Source: Mantamonas sphyraenae STR306 (taxonomy: Eukaryota; Protista; CRuMs). Taken from it: a stretch of DNA of 64,000 bases. The position numbers were made by a program, and so were the translations under genes. The notes beneath the pieces were generated by a model. The model searched no databases. It was not told the origin of the DNA and worked only from the letters and a program-made list of their open reading frames with translations. Below are positions 26,177 to 38,900 of the stretch, piece by piece (positions within the stretch are counted from its first letter, which is position 1; each line of letters opens with the position of its first letter). The stretch covers positions 682,001 to 746,000 of the forward strand of contig JAPMXV010000029.1 of the NCBI GenBank assembly GCA_026936335.1. The letters run 5' to 3'.

Positions 26177-28615
26177 TCAGAAAACGCGCAGATCACTCGA
26201 GGGAATCTCTTCGAGCCCGTCGTCGAGGTGAAAGAGAAAGAGGGATTGGGAGAGGAGGGCAAACGCGGAGCACATGTGCCAGATATCGTGGTAGTCATAA
26301 AAGTTGAGGAGGGCGCAGTTGCGGTTGAGGTTCTGCGAGTCGGGAAGGCTCACGTTCTTGTTTGTGGTGACTTGCTCAAAGAAGTAAAACGCGACGGCCC
26401 ACAACGCAAGGGTGATCACAAGGAGAAGCCACGTTGTGCGCGGGATCGGTGCCGGGTCATATGCCATCTTGAGGATGAGGTAATAGCAAAGAAAGACAAA
26501 GGCGTTGAGGACGACAATGCCGAGCAGGAGCATGGCAAAGTCCTTTTGCAGAGTGACGCCGACCACGACGGCGACGATATCGACGACATTGAGAAAGACA
26601 AAGAGGGCGAGGGTGTTGCGGTTGGCAAACACCCTTCGGAAGACCTGGCGGCTAAAGCTGCGGCTCCAGGACTCGCCACCCATGAGGACGCCAAAGAGGA
26701 CAAAGAGGTCAAAGACGGCGATGAACAGCAGGAGGGCGACGAGGAGGAATGTGCGCCACTCCTGTCGCATGATGTTGTGTGTGGTGTCCACGACAGAGCC
26801 AAAGTAGTTGAGAAGGATGATGGCTGCAAACCAGGGGAACACCTTGACGGGCAGGAGCTGCTCTTCCTTGCGCAGGTGACGCTTCTGATAAATGACCACC
26901 GTGGTGATGCCTGCAATGATAAACATAAAGGAGGTGTCAAACTGGAAGATGACGCGGGTGGGGCAGATGTGGTACATGGCAGAAAAGATGCCCTCTGCGA
27001 CAATGGCGTACCCAAGGGCCTGGTAGAGGGAGTAGCGGTGAGGCACACCACGGCCGGTGAAGCGAACGAGACTTTGGTGGCGTTGACGTACCAAACAAAG
27101 CCAATACCACAGATGACGTAGAACCAGTTGCTCCACATGGTGTTGTAGGCGGTGAAGTAGAGTGGTCTGGAGCAGAGGGTGTTGTAGTAGCACTGCGCAC
27201 GTGCTCCCCCGCTGTCATGCACCGTGGTGAACTGGCCAAACACGTACTGGAACGAAGGGATGCCGAAAAAGGCGGCGGCCATAAACACGGCAAACACGTA
27301 GTACTGGTTGTCTTCACTCTCCTCCATGCTGGTGACATCGACATTGATCATAAAGTGGCTGCGTGCGGCAGTGCTTTGGTGGAGAAAGCCGCTTGCAGGC
27401 TGCTTGGACAGGGAGAGCGAACCGGTGAGCGGGCGGCTCTCGTCACGCCAGCTCTCGATGCCGCCTCCAGTGTTGCCCTGACGGCGAAGCTCGTAGCGCT
27501 GATACAGGATCATGGCACCGATGATGAGGAGAGACAGGAAGGGGAAAATGCTGGGCCAGGCGTACTCGGTGTATGGCAGCGAGGGCCGCAGCGTGATGGA
27601 GTAATCCTTGACCGTTGTGTTGGCGAGTCCCTTTGTGTCGAAGCCTTCCACGGCAACAGCCATGTACCACAAGCCCTCCTGGAGAACGGGGACAGAGGTG
27701 GAGGAGAGGGAGATGGCCACTTGTTTGGTGAAGCGGGTCATGGAGATGTCTGTGTGGGCAAAAACACAAAGCCAGGAACGTCATGAGGACGGGGTTTGAG
27801 TGAGTGGAGGGAGGGTGAACAAGGGCAAGGGTGGAAGTCCTGTGGGCGGGCGGGGGGGTGGGCGCAGGGAAGGGGCGGTGTTTACGCACTCTCTTGCAGG
27901 AAGGAATGTTCGATGCTGGGGCAGGAGTTGCGACGAAGAATGGCGACTGCCTGGGCAGGGGTGTTTGAGGTGATGAGGAGTTCCAACGGTTGCTTAAACG
28001 CCTGGTCCTTGGTGACACGGAACTGGAAGAAGCGGGAAGAGCCAAGCGGCAGTTTGCCTGTGGTGGGCTTTCCCAGGCCGAGTGTCGGGTTGACTAAGCG
28101 GGCCATGAAGCGATACATGCCCTGGCCTGCAAAAGACCGGCAAGGGCGAGATGGGCGACGGTGTGTGGGGAAATTGCGGGTCAGCTGGGGGGCTGGCACA
28201 GTGGTGCAGTGGAGACTGGGGGTGGGAGAGGTGCGGGAAAGGCAGGAGAAAGCAGGCGGTGGGACGGGAGGGGAAACCGACCAGAGACTCGGATGAAAAA
28301 GTCGGCCACGGGTTTGTTGTCTTCGGGACAGATTGTGACAACCTCGCGGTAACTGCTGTACTTGTTGGGCAACTGCAAGTATTCCAAGGCTTCATATTCC
28401 TCGTTGCGTACGGCAAGGGTGATTTTGTCGCTGCCACCGGAGAGGACTTCGGCATCGAGCTCGAGCAGAGTGCCGGCCTGGGCTTGGATGTGGAACTCGA
28501 CGCCGGTCTGAGTGGCATTGGTGACAACTGGCACACCAGGTTCGATTTCTACGGCAGAGCTGTAAGCAGCCAGGCCGAGGAGAAGGAGGAAGCAGAGAAC
28601 GAGCGGTCGGTTCAT
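26177..28615 (-). CDS. SID-1 transmembrane family protein (SIDT1/2, CHUP-1-like); one apparent 1-nt indel near 27075
   Basis: Signal peptide MNRPLVLCFLLLLGLAA. Motifs CYYNTLCS, YNTMWSNWFYV, AEGIFSAMYHICPT..FQFDTSFM, NRNCALLNFYDYHDIWHMCSA and LDDGL..IPSSDLRVF. Introns 28281-28127 and 27889-27750. Confidence 0.93.
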
Positions 28616-28650
28616 CTCCGAATTGAGTGGCGAGCCCAGGGCAGGCCAAC

Positions 28651-29925
28651 ATGAGCAGCAGGAGTGGCACGGGTGGCATAGGGAGCGGCAAGAGCGAGAA
28701 CGACAGTCGTGGAGACAAGGTCACGTGCGAGAAGGAGAGTTGGACATGGGCAGAGGCTGCAGTGTGCAGTGTCGTGTGGCTCTGGTGCAGCAAGCAGGAC
28801 GATGGCAGTGTGTGGCGATCGCTGCTGGAGGACGAGCGCCGTGGATGCGACAGAGAGGCACACATCTTTGGTAAACATTGGTACGATGCGTGTGCGGAAG
28901 AGCGCGTCGCGGCGATCAAAGAGGAGTTGGCAAGGAAGCGGGCGGCAAAGGCGTCGGCCATCCGAAGAGAGCTTGGGTTGGAATCCAGTATCGGAGGTGA
29001 GGACGAATGTGCTTTGGATGAAATGGACGCTGCAAAGAAGCATGAGGAGACGGGAACGTCGTCGAGCTCGGCAAGCACTACTCAGCGGCAGGGCGAGGAG
29101 GAGGATCTCGAAGACGTCCCGAAAGGGGTCAAAGATAGTGAGGAGGAGAAGATGGAGAAGCGGCTGGAGCGGTTCTTCTGTGTGCGCAGTCAGCTCGGGG
29201 GAGGGCGGACACCGTACCCGGCGCAACCGTACGCCTGCGAGGTGGGTGTCAGGTTGGTCAAGTGGGCCAAAGAAAGGCAGTTCCCAGTGAACATGGATGT
29301 GGGAGTCCATCTGCTGCAGGAGGTGGGGGATCCTGTGGGCGAGGCCCAAGCGTCGTTGGGTTCTGTGGTGGAGGATGAGCTGGGGGCGGTGCTGGTCAAC
29401 GAGCCGACGGAAGGACAAGGCTGGGATGCGATACAACAGATCGTGGAGCAGGTGATGGAAACAATGCAAGTGGGAGATCTGTTGGCGCTGCTCGGTGTAC
29501 GAAGGACAAAAGGATCGCAGGAGATGCTGCCACCTGCAGTGTGGCAGCTTGTAGATGCGCTCAACGCACCGCACACACCGGATTCAGCAAGCGAGGTGAG
29601 CGTGGGCGGGCGAGCGCTGAGCAAGCACGCAGTACGGAGCAAAGACAGCTTCTGGGGCCGGGCTGGGGGCAAGGAACGAGAGCGTAACCACAGGGCGATG
29701 GACATGCTGGAGACCGTGCTGACTCAGTGCATGTGGATCAATGTGCACTCGCTGCCTCAGGACGTGTGTGTTGTGGAGATTCGGCAAGTCGACGGGTACG
29801 GAATGCGCTGGGCATTGGAGCAGGACGAGGATACGCAAGGGGATAACCCCAAGTTCGTTTGTGTGTTTCGCGGTTTCTTGGAGCCGGTCATGGAAGGGGG
29901 ACATGAGGTTGGCTGGCGACATTGA
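28651..29925 (+). CDS. Uncharacterised protein whose C-terminal domain matches that of plant/protist ASCH-associated proteins (polymorphic-toxin RNase-like)
   Basis: Intronless ORF ending GRALSKHAVRSKDSFWG...NHRAM...WINVH.LP...VEIR..DGYGMRW...FRGFLEPVMEGGHEVGWRH. Confidence 0.75.
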   Translation: MSSRSGTGGIGSGKSENDSRGDKVTCEKESWTWAEAAVCSVVWLWCSKQDDGSVWRSLLEDERRGCDREAHIFGKHWYDACAEERVAAIKEELARKRAAKASAIRRELGLESSIGGEDECALDEMDAAKKHEETGTSSSSASTTQRQGEEEDLEDVPKGVKDSEEEKMEKRLERFFCVRSQLGGGRTPYPAQPYACEVGVRLVKWAKERQFPVNMDVGVHLLQEVGDPVGEAQASLGSVVEDELGAVLVNEPTEGQGWDAIQQIVEQVMETMQVGDLLALLGVRRTKGSQEMLPPAVWQLVDALNAPHTPDSASEVSVGGRALSKHAVRSKDSFWGRAGGKERERNHRAMDMLETVLTQCMWINVHSLPQDVCVVEIRQVDGYGMRWALEQDEDTQGDNPKFVCVFRGFLEPVMEGGHEVGWRH

Positions 29926-29975
29926 CGGCGCCAACCCCGACAACAAAAAAGAAAACAACCACCAACAAAAGCAGC

Positions 29976-32900
29976 ATGCGCAAGCACAGCAGCATCCACG
30001 CTGTGCTCGTGGTGTCGATCATCTTGACACTGTTTGTTAGCTTGTCACACGCGGCCATTGCAGATTGCTTGGGTAAGCAAGCGGTGTAGTCGTTGCCACT
30101 ACGGCGCCTCCTGGTGAATACACCCGCACTTACACTCACCTACAACTTCCACTCCCTCGATCTCCTCGCATCTCCTCGCAGCCGGACACACATACACACC
30201 CGCATCATCCTTGCGAGCTTGGATGTGCGCAAACGACGTCCAGACGTCCGGAAGTTCTGTGGACCAGTTTACAGACCAGTCGGGCTATGGACACCATGCC
30301 ACAGCAAGTGGCTCCACGCGACCGACGTTGGAAACGAATGTCATCGGCAGCCAGCCTGGTATGCTGTTTGACGGAAGCAACGACTGCTTCACAATTGCCA
30401 ATGCGAACGACTTCAACACCGATTTCAACCCCTACACGGGCAAGACCATCTTCATTGTCTTCAAGACAGGAGCGAGTGTTACTGCCAAACAAACCCTATA
30501 CGAACAGGGTGGTGGTACACGTGGTCTGACCATGTACCTCCAGGACAGCCGGCTGTACCTCACGGCTTACAACCGCGACAACGGACAGGTGTATTGGTAC
30601 GTGACGCCTCTTTTCCCCGCACATCATGCGCGTGTATACATCGGTTGCTGCCCGAGCGTGCTCCTCACGCGTGCACTCCGCGTGTCTCTGTGTCGTTGGA
30701 GCGCCCGCCCGACGGAAGCCGCCGCATGGATGGATTTCGGATGATGCCTCGATGCGGAAACCACTAACGCCTTTTCCACGCCCGCATTTCCGCATTGCGC
30801 CACACACAGGGATGTGGCGGTGGCCTACGACGACCCCGTCCTCAACAAGACCAAGTACTTTGGTCTGTATCCTAACCAGTACAACATTCTGGCTTTCCGA
30901 TGGGAGGCTCAAGGTACGTCCAGGCCCCACATCAGCCCCCTTTTCTTTCCACAGGCGCACCACTCACAACACCCTCCCCGGTTCCCTTGCAGGTGCCAAC
31001 GCAGGCCTCGAGCTCTGGGCAAACGGTTTGTACATGAACCGCAACACAGCCGTCGAGCGCATGTGGGCGCATAGCGGTACGTCCTCGGCGCCATGTCCCC
31101 ATCCCCAGAACGCGGCGAAAGCCCGCGAAACTCGTCTATCCAGCACACTCCAGCTCACACACGCCACACCTTGATCTTGCGCACTGCATCCTTCACCTCA
31201 CACCCGTGCTACCTGTGACGTGTACTCTCCCTCACAGGCGACATTAAGCTTGGATGTGGTGCCAGCGGCATGCGCTACCACGACGGTGCGTTTTTTTGCG
31301 TTTCTATGCCCCTCTTGCTTTTCCTCCACCCTACCCTACCCTGCTTCCCCCTCTCGCTCTCTACGCCTCCCTCTCTCTCTCGCACACTGTCCACACGCCC
31401 TCTGCTCACACATCGGCTCTCGCCGTCCCTCCTGCGCCCGTCTCCACGTGCTGCTCGCCATCCGAATTCTCTCTGGGCGCAACACATCCTGCGCCGTCGC
31501 CACTTCCACAGGCTCCTTCAGCAACATCTACTTTGCTGGCCACATCTCCGAGTTTATCTACTTCAACAACGAGGCTCTCAGCCAGGCCAACATGGACGCC
31601 ACGTTCAACTTTCTGCAACAGAAGTACGGCGAGATTCTCTACGACTCAAGTGCAGGTACGCCACCTTTCCATGCCTTGCTCACTTTCACTTGGACACATT
31701 CAGCCACAGGACATGCCGCACTGAGTGCACATGTGCGACACGTAAACTCACACCCACCCACCCACCCACATCCGTCTGCAGTGTGTCCTGGGTTTTTCTC
31801 AAACCCTTGCTCCGGCGCCGACCACGGTACCTGTCTCACGTACCCCAACAACACCAAGTATTGCGAATGCAAGGACCCTTGGATTGGAGAATCGTGCGAT
31901 ACTTGTACGTTGCGCCATGTCGCATGTTGCCGAGCAGGAGCCAAGCCTCTCGCACCCGCACACCCTCCCATTCACCCTCCCATCCACCCTCGACTCACGC
32001 CCCATTCTCTTCCCTCTCACCGCCCTACCCACAGTCAACGGCGAAACAAACTACTGCTACGAAGTGCGCTGGGATCTTGCAAACCCGGCTGGCTACCGCT
32101 CGCGCAACTTTTCGCCCGTAAAGTACTTCCCACCGGGGCATCCGGCAACCACACGCTGCGGAGGCCTGCCCCCCGACAGCAACGGCCTGTATCGCATCCC
32201 CACGTATGGCAACAACCCCGATGATTGTGCACCCAACACTCCGGGCGCTGCAATGTTCTACTCCTACGACTACCCGGCAGGCTCGTCCGAAAACACAGGC
32301 CTCGCCACAGTCGAAACTGCCACCCTCATCATCACTGTCGACGAAACCTTCAATAGCTCCGTGCTGTGGATTCTCGACCGCAACAACAACGCCGATGGAG
32401 GCCGTGTCGAGGTCTTTCTCGACTCCAAGGTCGTGGGTGGCACGGGCGTCCAGGTCGTCACCAAGGACGATCCTGCAGGCGACAACACGCAATCTTGTGT
32501 CGGCGCAGGAAACGATTGCTACTTTTGGAACACCAACACCGGCGTGGGTGACTTTTACTTCCGCTGGGTTTCCTGCTGCTCCGACGGCGTTGCATTGGGC
32601 GTCATGCCGCGCGAAGTCGACATGAACTATCGCATGAACGTCATTGCAGGCCTCACCCAGTTCCGCCTCGCAGAGTACGACGGCGAGACAAACCAGATCA
32701 CCTTTTTCAACATCCCGCTCTCAGAGGCTGCCAAGGGCATCCGTATCCTTGACCGCACCTGCGAGGCCTCCACCGAGCTCTATTGTTCCCAATACCGCTT
32801 CTGTGGCGATTGCACCGCCGATCCCCTCTGTGGTTGGTGCAACGAAGACCTCCGATGCCTCGGCAAGGACTTTGGCTCCCTCTGCCAAGGCGGACGCTTC

Positions 32901-35900
32901 CCGCTCAGTTTCACCGTCGAGTGCTGCACCGCTTGCTCCGACCTCTGCAACTGTGGCGATTGCGTCCAGCGCGCAGGCTGCGGCTGGTGCCACGACACGG
33001 GCAAGTGCTACTCTGGTTCCTCCGCAGCGCCCTGTCAGAACTGCACTTACTTCTCCACAGACACCTGCGAGACCTGCGGCGGGCCCCTCGACGCTCAGGA
33101 CAAGCCCGTCGCCTTTGTCGGCGTCAACAACCTCGGACACGCCTCCTACTGCTCCAAGAACGGCACCTGCGACTTTTCCAAGAAGCAGTGCACCTGTGTC
33201 GACACCAAGTGGGGAGACGGCTGCCAGAACGACTGCCCCGCCATCGTCGACATTGGCGGCGGCGTCCTCAAGCCCTGCAACGGCAACGGCAAATGCAACC
33301 AGACAAGTGGCAACTGCCAGTGCAATTGCGGCTGGACAGGCCCCTACTGCAACCAGACTGCCCCCGCAGGCTGTGGCATCCAGGGAGGTAACTGTGTCGT
33401 CGGTGACACCTGCACACAAACCTGCGGCAAGTGTCTCGCCGGCGACACCCAATGCGTCAACCCCACCGGTGTGCTGTTGGCCAACTCCACCACTTGTGCC
33501 TGCATCGACGGCTGGTACGGCGCAGACTGTACCTCGCCTTGTCCGGGCATCAGCTCCACAGATGGCTCAGGCTCAATTTGTGGTGGCTACGGTACTTGTC
33601 AGACCGATGGCACCTGCGTTTGCGACTCGTGCTACCAGAACCAGGGCGCAGCAAACACCATCTGTGTCGACAAGCCCTGCCCAGGTGTTTGCCCCACCGC
33701 AACCTTTGGCACTTGCTTTTGTGGCACATGCTCTTGCCCAGGCAATTGGTTCGGTGATGATTGCACACAGTGCGCCTGCCAGAACGGCGCCATTTGCCAC
33801 AGCATCCACGGTGAGTGTGAAGACCCGAGCAACGGCAACCCGTGCCCGCCTGGCTTTGCTGGTGACCTGTGTCAGTACAATTGCACGCGCGACGGCTTCT
33901 GCAACGGCCGAGGCGAGTGCGACGCAAACACCCTCAAGTGCACCTGTGACGCAGGCTGGGTCGGGCCTACGACTGCCCCGTGCTCCAAGCAGTGCAACTC
34001 CACTGTCGATTGCTCCAACAAGGGCCAATGTCTCGAGGACGCAACTTGCTTCTGTGACTTTGGCTTCGTCGGCTCCAAGTGCGAGACTGCCTGTGTAAAG
34101 GACATCGATGATTGTAACTGCTACCCGCAGATCAACTCGGGGTACATCACCTTCAACGAGGACCCCCCCGCTGATATTCTCATCGACGTCACCGCCTTTG
34201 CCTTTGATGCAGACTCGGCCATCTACTACCAGACGCTCGAGGTGGTCAACCCTCCGACAACGGTACCATAGTCAGCATCAACCGCATCACAGGCCACATG
34301 TACTACCGCCCCGAGCCAAACTACTTTGGCAACGACACCGTGGGCATCAAGGTCTGCGATGTCGAGGGCCTCTGTGCAATCGGCGCAATCATCATGAACG
34401 TCCTCTCCGTCAACGACCCGCCCGTCGCTCTCGACGGAAGCCTCGGTGCAGACGCAGAGGTCTATTCCTACAGCAAGCTCAACGCCACCGATGTCGAGAA
34501 CGACGCCCTCACCTTCCGTCTCGTCACCCAGCCTACAAAGGGTACCGTCGAGCTGCTCGACAACAGCACAGGCAGCTTCCGCTTCTACCCGTTCCTCGGT
34601 GCAAACGGAACCGACTCGTTCCAGTTTCAGGTCCGCGACAACGGAGACCCCAACGAGGACTCTGTCAAGAACGGCACGGTCTTCATCCTGGTTGCCATCA
34701 AAAACACCGCCCCGACCGTCTACAACGGCACCCTCCAAACCGAGGAGGACGTTCCGGCCACGGGCACCCTCGTCGCAACCGACTTTGAAGGCCATCCAGT
34801 CGTCTTTACCGTCGAGACGCCGCCCAGTATGGGCACAGTCACCATTCTGGATGCCGGCTCGGGACTTTACCGCTACACGCCCGATCTGCATCGCTTCGGC
34901 CCCGACGAATTCTCCTTTGTCGCCACAGACATTTTCGGCGACCGCAGCAACATCTCGTGGATCTCCATCAATGTCACCAGTGTCAACGACCTGCCTCTCT
35001 CTTTCAACGAGACCTGGGCCACCATGGAAGACGTCGCCTTCTTTGGTCAGCTCAACGCTTCCGACGTGGAGACCTTGCAGGCAAACAGCGTGTTCACCAT
35101 CACCGTACCCCCGCATTTGGGCACCATTGCCCTTCAGGCGGCCACGGGCGGGGTGTTTTTGTACACGCCCAACGCAAACGTCAACGGCGTCGACTACTTT
35201 GCGTACACGGTCACGGACGAGGCTGGTGGCGTCTCCAACGCCTCCTGGGTCAACGTAACCATCTACGCAGTCAACGACGCGCCCGACTTTGTCGTCCTCC
35301 CGTCGCCTCCAAGCACCGTCGAGGACACAGACCTCACCTTTGCAGGCCTGGCTGTCACCGACGCTGACGTCGCAGCGGACGACCAGCTCGTGCTGAACGT
35401 CACCATCACCGACGGTGCGCTGACTTTGCAGCGCACAGACAGCCTTGTGCTCGTCAGTGGCTCCACCACAGCCAGCCAGGCTTTTGTCCTGCGTGGCAAT
35501 CTGACAAAGATCAACCAGGCCATCACAGACATGGTCTTTGTCCCTCCACCCGGCTGGAGTGGCGACGCCTACATGAACCTGTGGGCAAGTGACAACGGCG
35601 CCACAGGCAGTGGCGGGGTCCAGTACGGCATGCGCAACGTCTCCATCAACGTGCAAACCGTCAACGATCCGCCCTCGCTCCTTCTGCCCAGTGCACAAAC
35701 CGTCAACGAGGACGTCGACCTCACCATCGTGGGCATCAGCATGAACGACGTCGACGTCTACACAGCCAACATGCAGGTCAACATGAGCGTCACCGCAGGT
35801 GTGCTCACCCTCGCCCAGACCACAGGACTCACGTTCCTCACGGGCGACGGGTCCGCAGACACCCTGCTCCGCTTCCAGGGCACCCTCACGGATTGCAACG

Positions 35901-38900
35901 CAGCCGTGGCCTCCGTTGTCTACCGTGCCAACCTGCACTACAACGGCGCAGACTCGCTGCAAGTCATCGTCGATGACCGCGGCAACACAGGCTCCGGCGG
36001 CATCCTTTCCGCTTCAGGCGTCGTGGCTCTCACCATCACGCCCGTCAACGACGCACCCGTGCTCACGCTTGCCTCGCCGCAGGTCACCAACGAAGACACC
36101 TCGGTGGCCATTGGAGGCATCAGTGTGAGCGACGTCGACGTCGCCGCAGGAACACTGGCCGCCAACGTCAGCGTGACCAACGGCCTGCTGACCATGAGCA
36201 GCCTCGGCGGCTCCATTGTGCAAGTCCAGGGCAACGCAACCCAGGGCGCAACCGACCTTCGCATCCGTGGCTCGCTCACAGACATCAACGCAGCGCTCGC
36301 TTCGCTTGTCTACGCTCCCAACGCAGACTACAACGGCGCCGATACCCTCCAGGTGTGGGTCAGCGACCTTGAACTCAGCGACGCGGGCTCCGTGGCCATT
36401 TCGGTTGTGGCTCTCAACGACGGGCCCGTCATCACTTTGCCCGGCACGCCCTCGACCCTCGAGGACACCGCCCTCACCATCACTGGTATCAGCGTCAGCG
36501 ATGCCGATGTGGCTGCCGGTCTCATGTGGCTCAACATGACCATGAGCGAGGGCGAAATGGTACTCGGTACCACCCTCGGTCTCACCATGTACGTGGGCAC
36601 AGGCTTGGGCGGCAACGCTTTCAACGCCCAGGGCACGCTGACCACTCTCAACTCGGCTCTTGCCCAGGTCATCTACCGTCCCAGCACAAACTTCAACGGT
36701 GCCCCGTCGCTGGAGGTGCGTGTTTCGGATCGCGGCGCCACAGGTGTTGGCGGAGCCCTGGAGGATGTCAAGACGCTGCCCATCACCGTGCAGGCTGTCA
36801 ACGACGCCCCCATTCTCTCGGTGCCTCCTGCACAGACTGTGGACGAGGACGTGGATCTCACGCTGCCTTCGCTCAGTATCGCCGACGTCGACATCGCCGC
36901 TGGGCTCGTCAACGTCAACCTCAGCGTGGCCACGGGTGTACTCAGCCTCGCCAGCACCACGGGCATCTCTGTCCAGGCTGGCAGTGCCACCAGCAGTGCC
37001 TTTATCCAGTTTGTCGGCACCCTGACCAACGTCAACACTGCCCTCGCGGGTGTGGTGTACCGCGCTGCACAGGACTACGCTGGCTCGGACCAGCTCGACG
37101 TGTTCATCAGTGACCTCGGCAACACCGGGCTTGGAGGCGCACTCAACGACACGGGTTCGGTCGCCATTACGGTGCAGCCCGTCAACGACGCACCAGTCAT
37201 CACCACCATCACGGACCAGACCGTCTCCGAAGACACCGACCTCACCATCTTGGGCATTGGAGTGACCGACATCGACAGCGGCGACGGCACGTTGCGTTTC
37301 AACCTCACCGTCCAGTCGGGAACCATCACCATGCCCAACCCTGCTGGCATCGAGTTTCAGCTCGGGGGACCCTCGGGCTACTCTGCGCTCTCGTTCACAG
37401 GCAACGTCACGTCCATCAACGCGGCTGTGGGTACTCTGGTCTACCGTTCCTTTGTCAACTTTGACGGCAGCGACACGCTGTCGGTTGCCACTCGAGACTA
37501 TGGAAACACGGGCTCCGGTCCTGAGGGCACCCACAGCGTCACCATCGGCATTACCGTCATCGGCGTCAACGATCTCATCGAGTTTTCCAACCCGGCAACA
37601 GCCTCTGTTGACGAAGACACGGATCTCACTCTTGCTGGCATCAGCGTCAGCGACAGTGACGCCTATGCAAACGCCGTGCGTGTCAACGTCAGCGTGTCGT
37701 CTGGCACGGTGACCCTGGCCCAGACCACGGGCTTGACGCTGCTCAGCGGCTCAGGCTCTGCAGACGCCTTTGTCGAAGTCCTGGGCACGCTGACCAACAT
37801 CAACGCCGCCCTGAACAACCTCGTGTACCGTGCAAGCACGCACTACAACGGCCCAGAAACCATCCTGCTGGGTGCAGCCGATCTCGGCGCTACCGGCACG
37901 CCTGGGCCAACGAGCTCGTTCAGCAATGTCTCGGTCACCGTCGCCGCTGTGAACGATGCACCTGTGCTGACCGTTCCCGCGGCCACTCAAACCACCCTGG
38001 AGGATGTGGCACTTACAATCACTGGTGTCAGCGTAAGCGACGTCGATGTGGCTGCCGCAAATGTCAATGTGACTCTCTCCGTCTCTTCGGGTGTCCTCTC
38101 CCTCGGCTCCACAACAGGCCTGACTTTCGGCTCGGGCGACGGCACCGCAGATCGCTCCATGTCCTTTGAGGGCACGCTCACAAGTGTCAACGCAGCCCTC
38201 GCGGCATCGGGCGTCGTGTACCTCGGCGATGCAAACTACAACGGGCCCGACGGCCTCTATGTTGAAGTGGACGATGGAGGAGCCACGGGACAGGGTGGCG
38301 TGCAACGGAACAGCACCACAGTGGCCCTGTATGTTGAGGGAGTCAACGACCCGCCTGTGCTCACAAGCATCAGCGCACAAACCGTCGACGAAGACACGGA
38401 TCTGACCATGTCCGGCTTTGCCATCACGGATTTGGACGTCGGTTCCCTCCCGCTGCAGGTCAACATCAGCGTAAGCCAGGGTGTGCTCACCGTCGGCTCT
38501 CTTGCAGGCCTCACGTTTGTGCAAGGGGACGGCTCCGCAGACGCACAGATGCGCTTCCAGGGTTCGCTTACCGCCGTCACGGCCGCTCTCAACGGCCTCG
38601 TGTACCGCGGCAACCTGCACTTCAACGGCGCAGACACCCTCAGCGTGGGTGTGGATGACCGTGGCAACGTGGGTCTTGGTGGCTTCCTCACAGATGCTGC
38701 CACGGTGGCCATCACCGTGGAGGCCGTCAACGACGCGCCTGTGCTCACCGTGCCTGGTTTGCAGGCAGCCACTGAGGATGTGCAGCACACCATCAGTGGC
38801 GTGAGCGTGTCCGATGTCGACGTCGCTGCAGGCCTGATGAGTGTCAACCTCACAGTCACGGCAGGCACCCTGTGGCTTCCCACAACCACCTCGCTCACCT

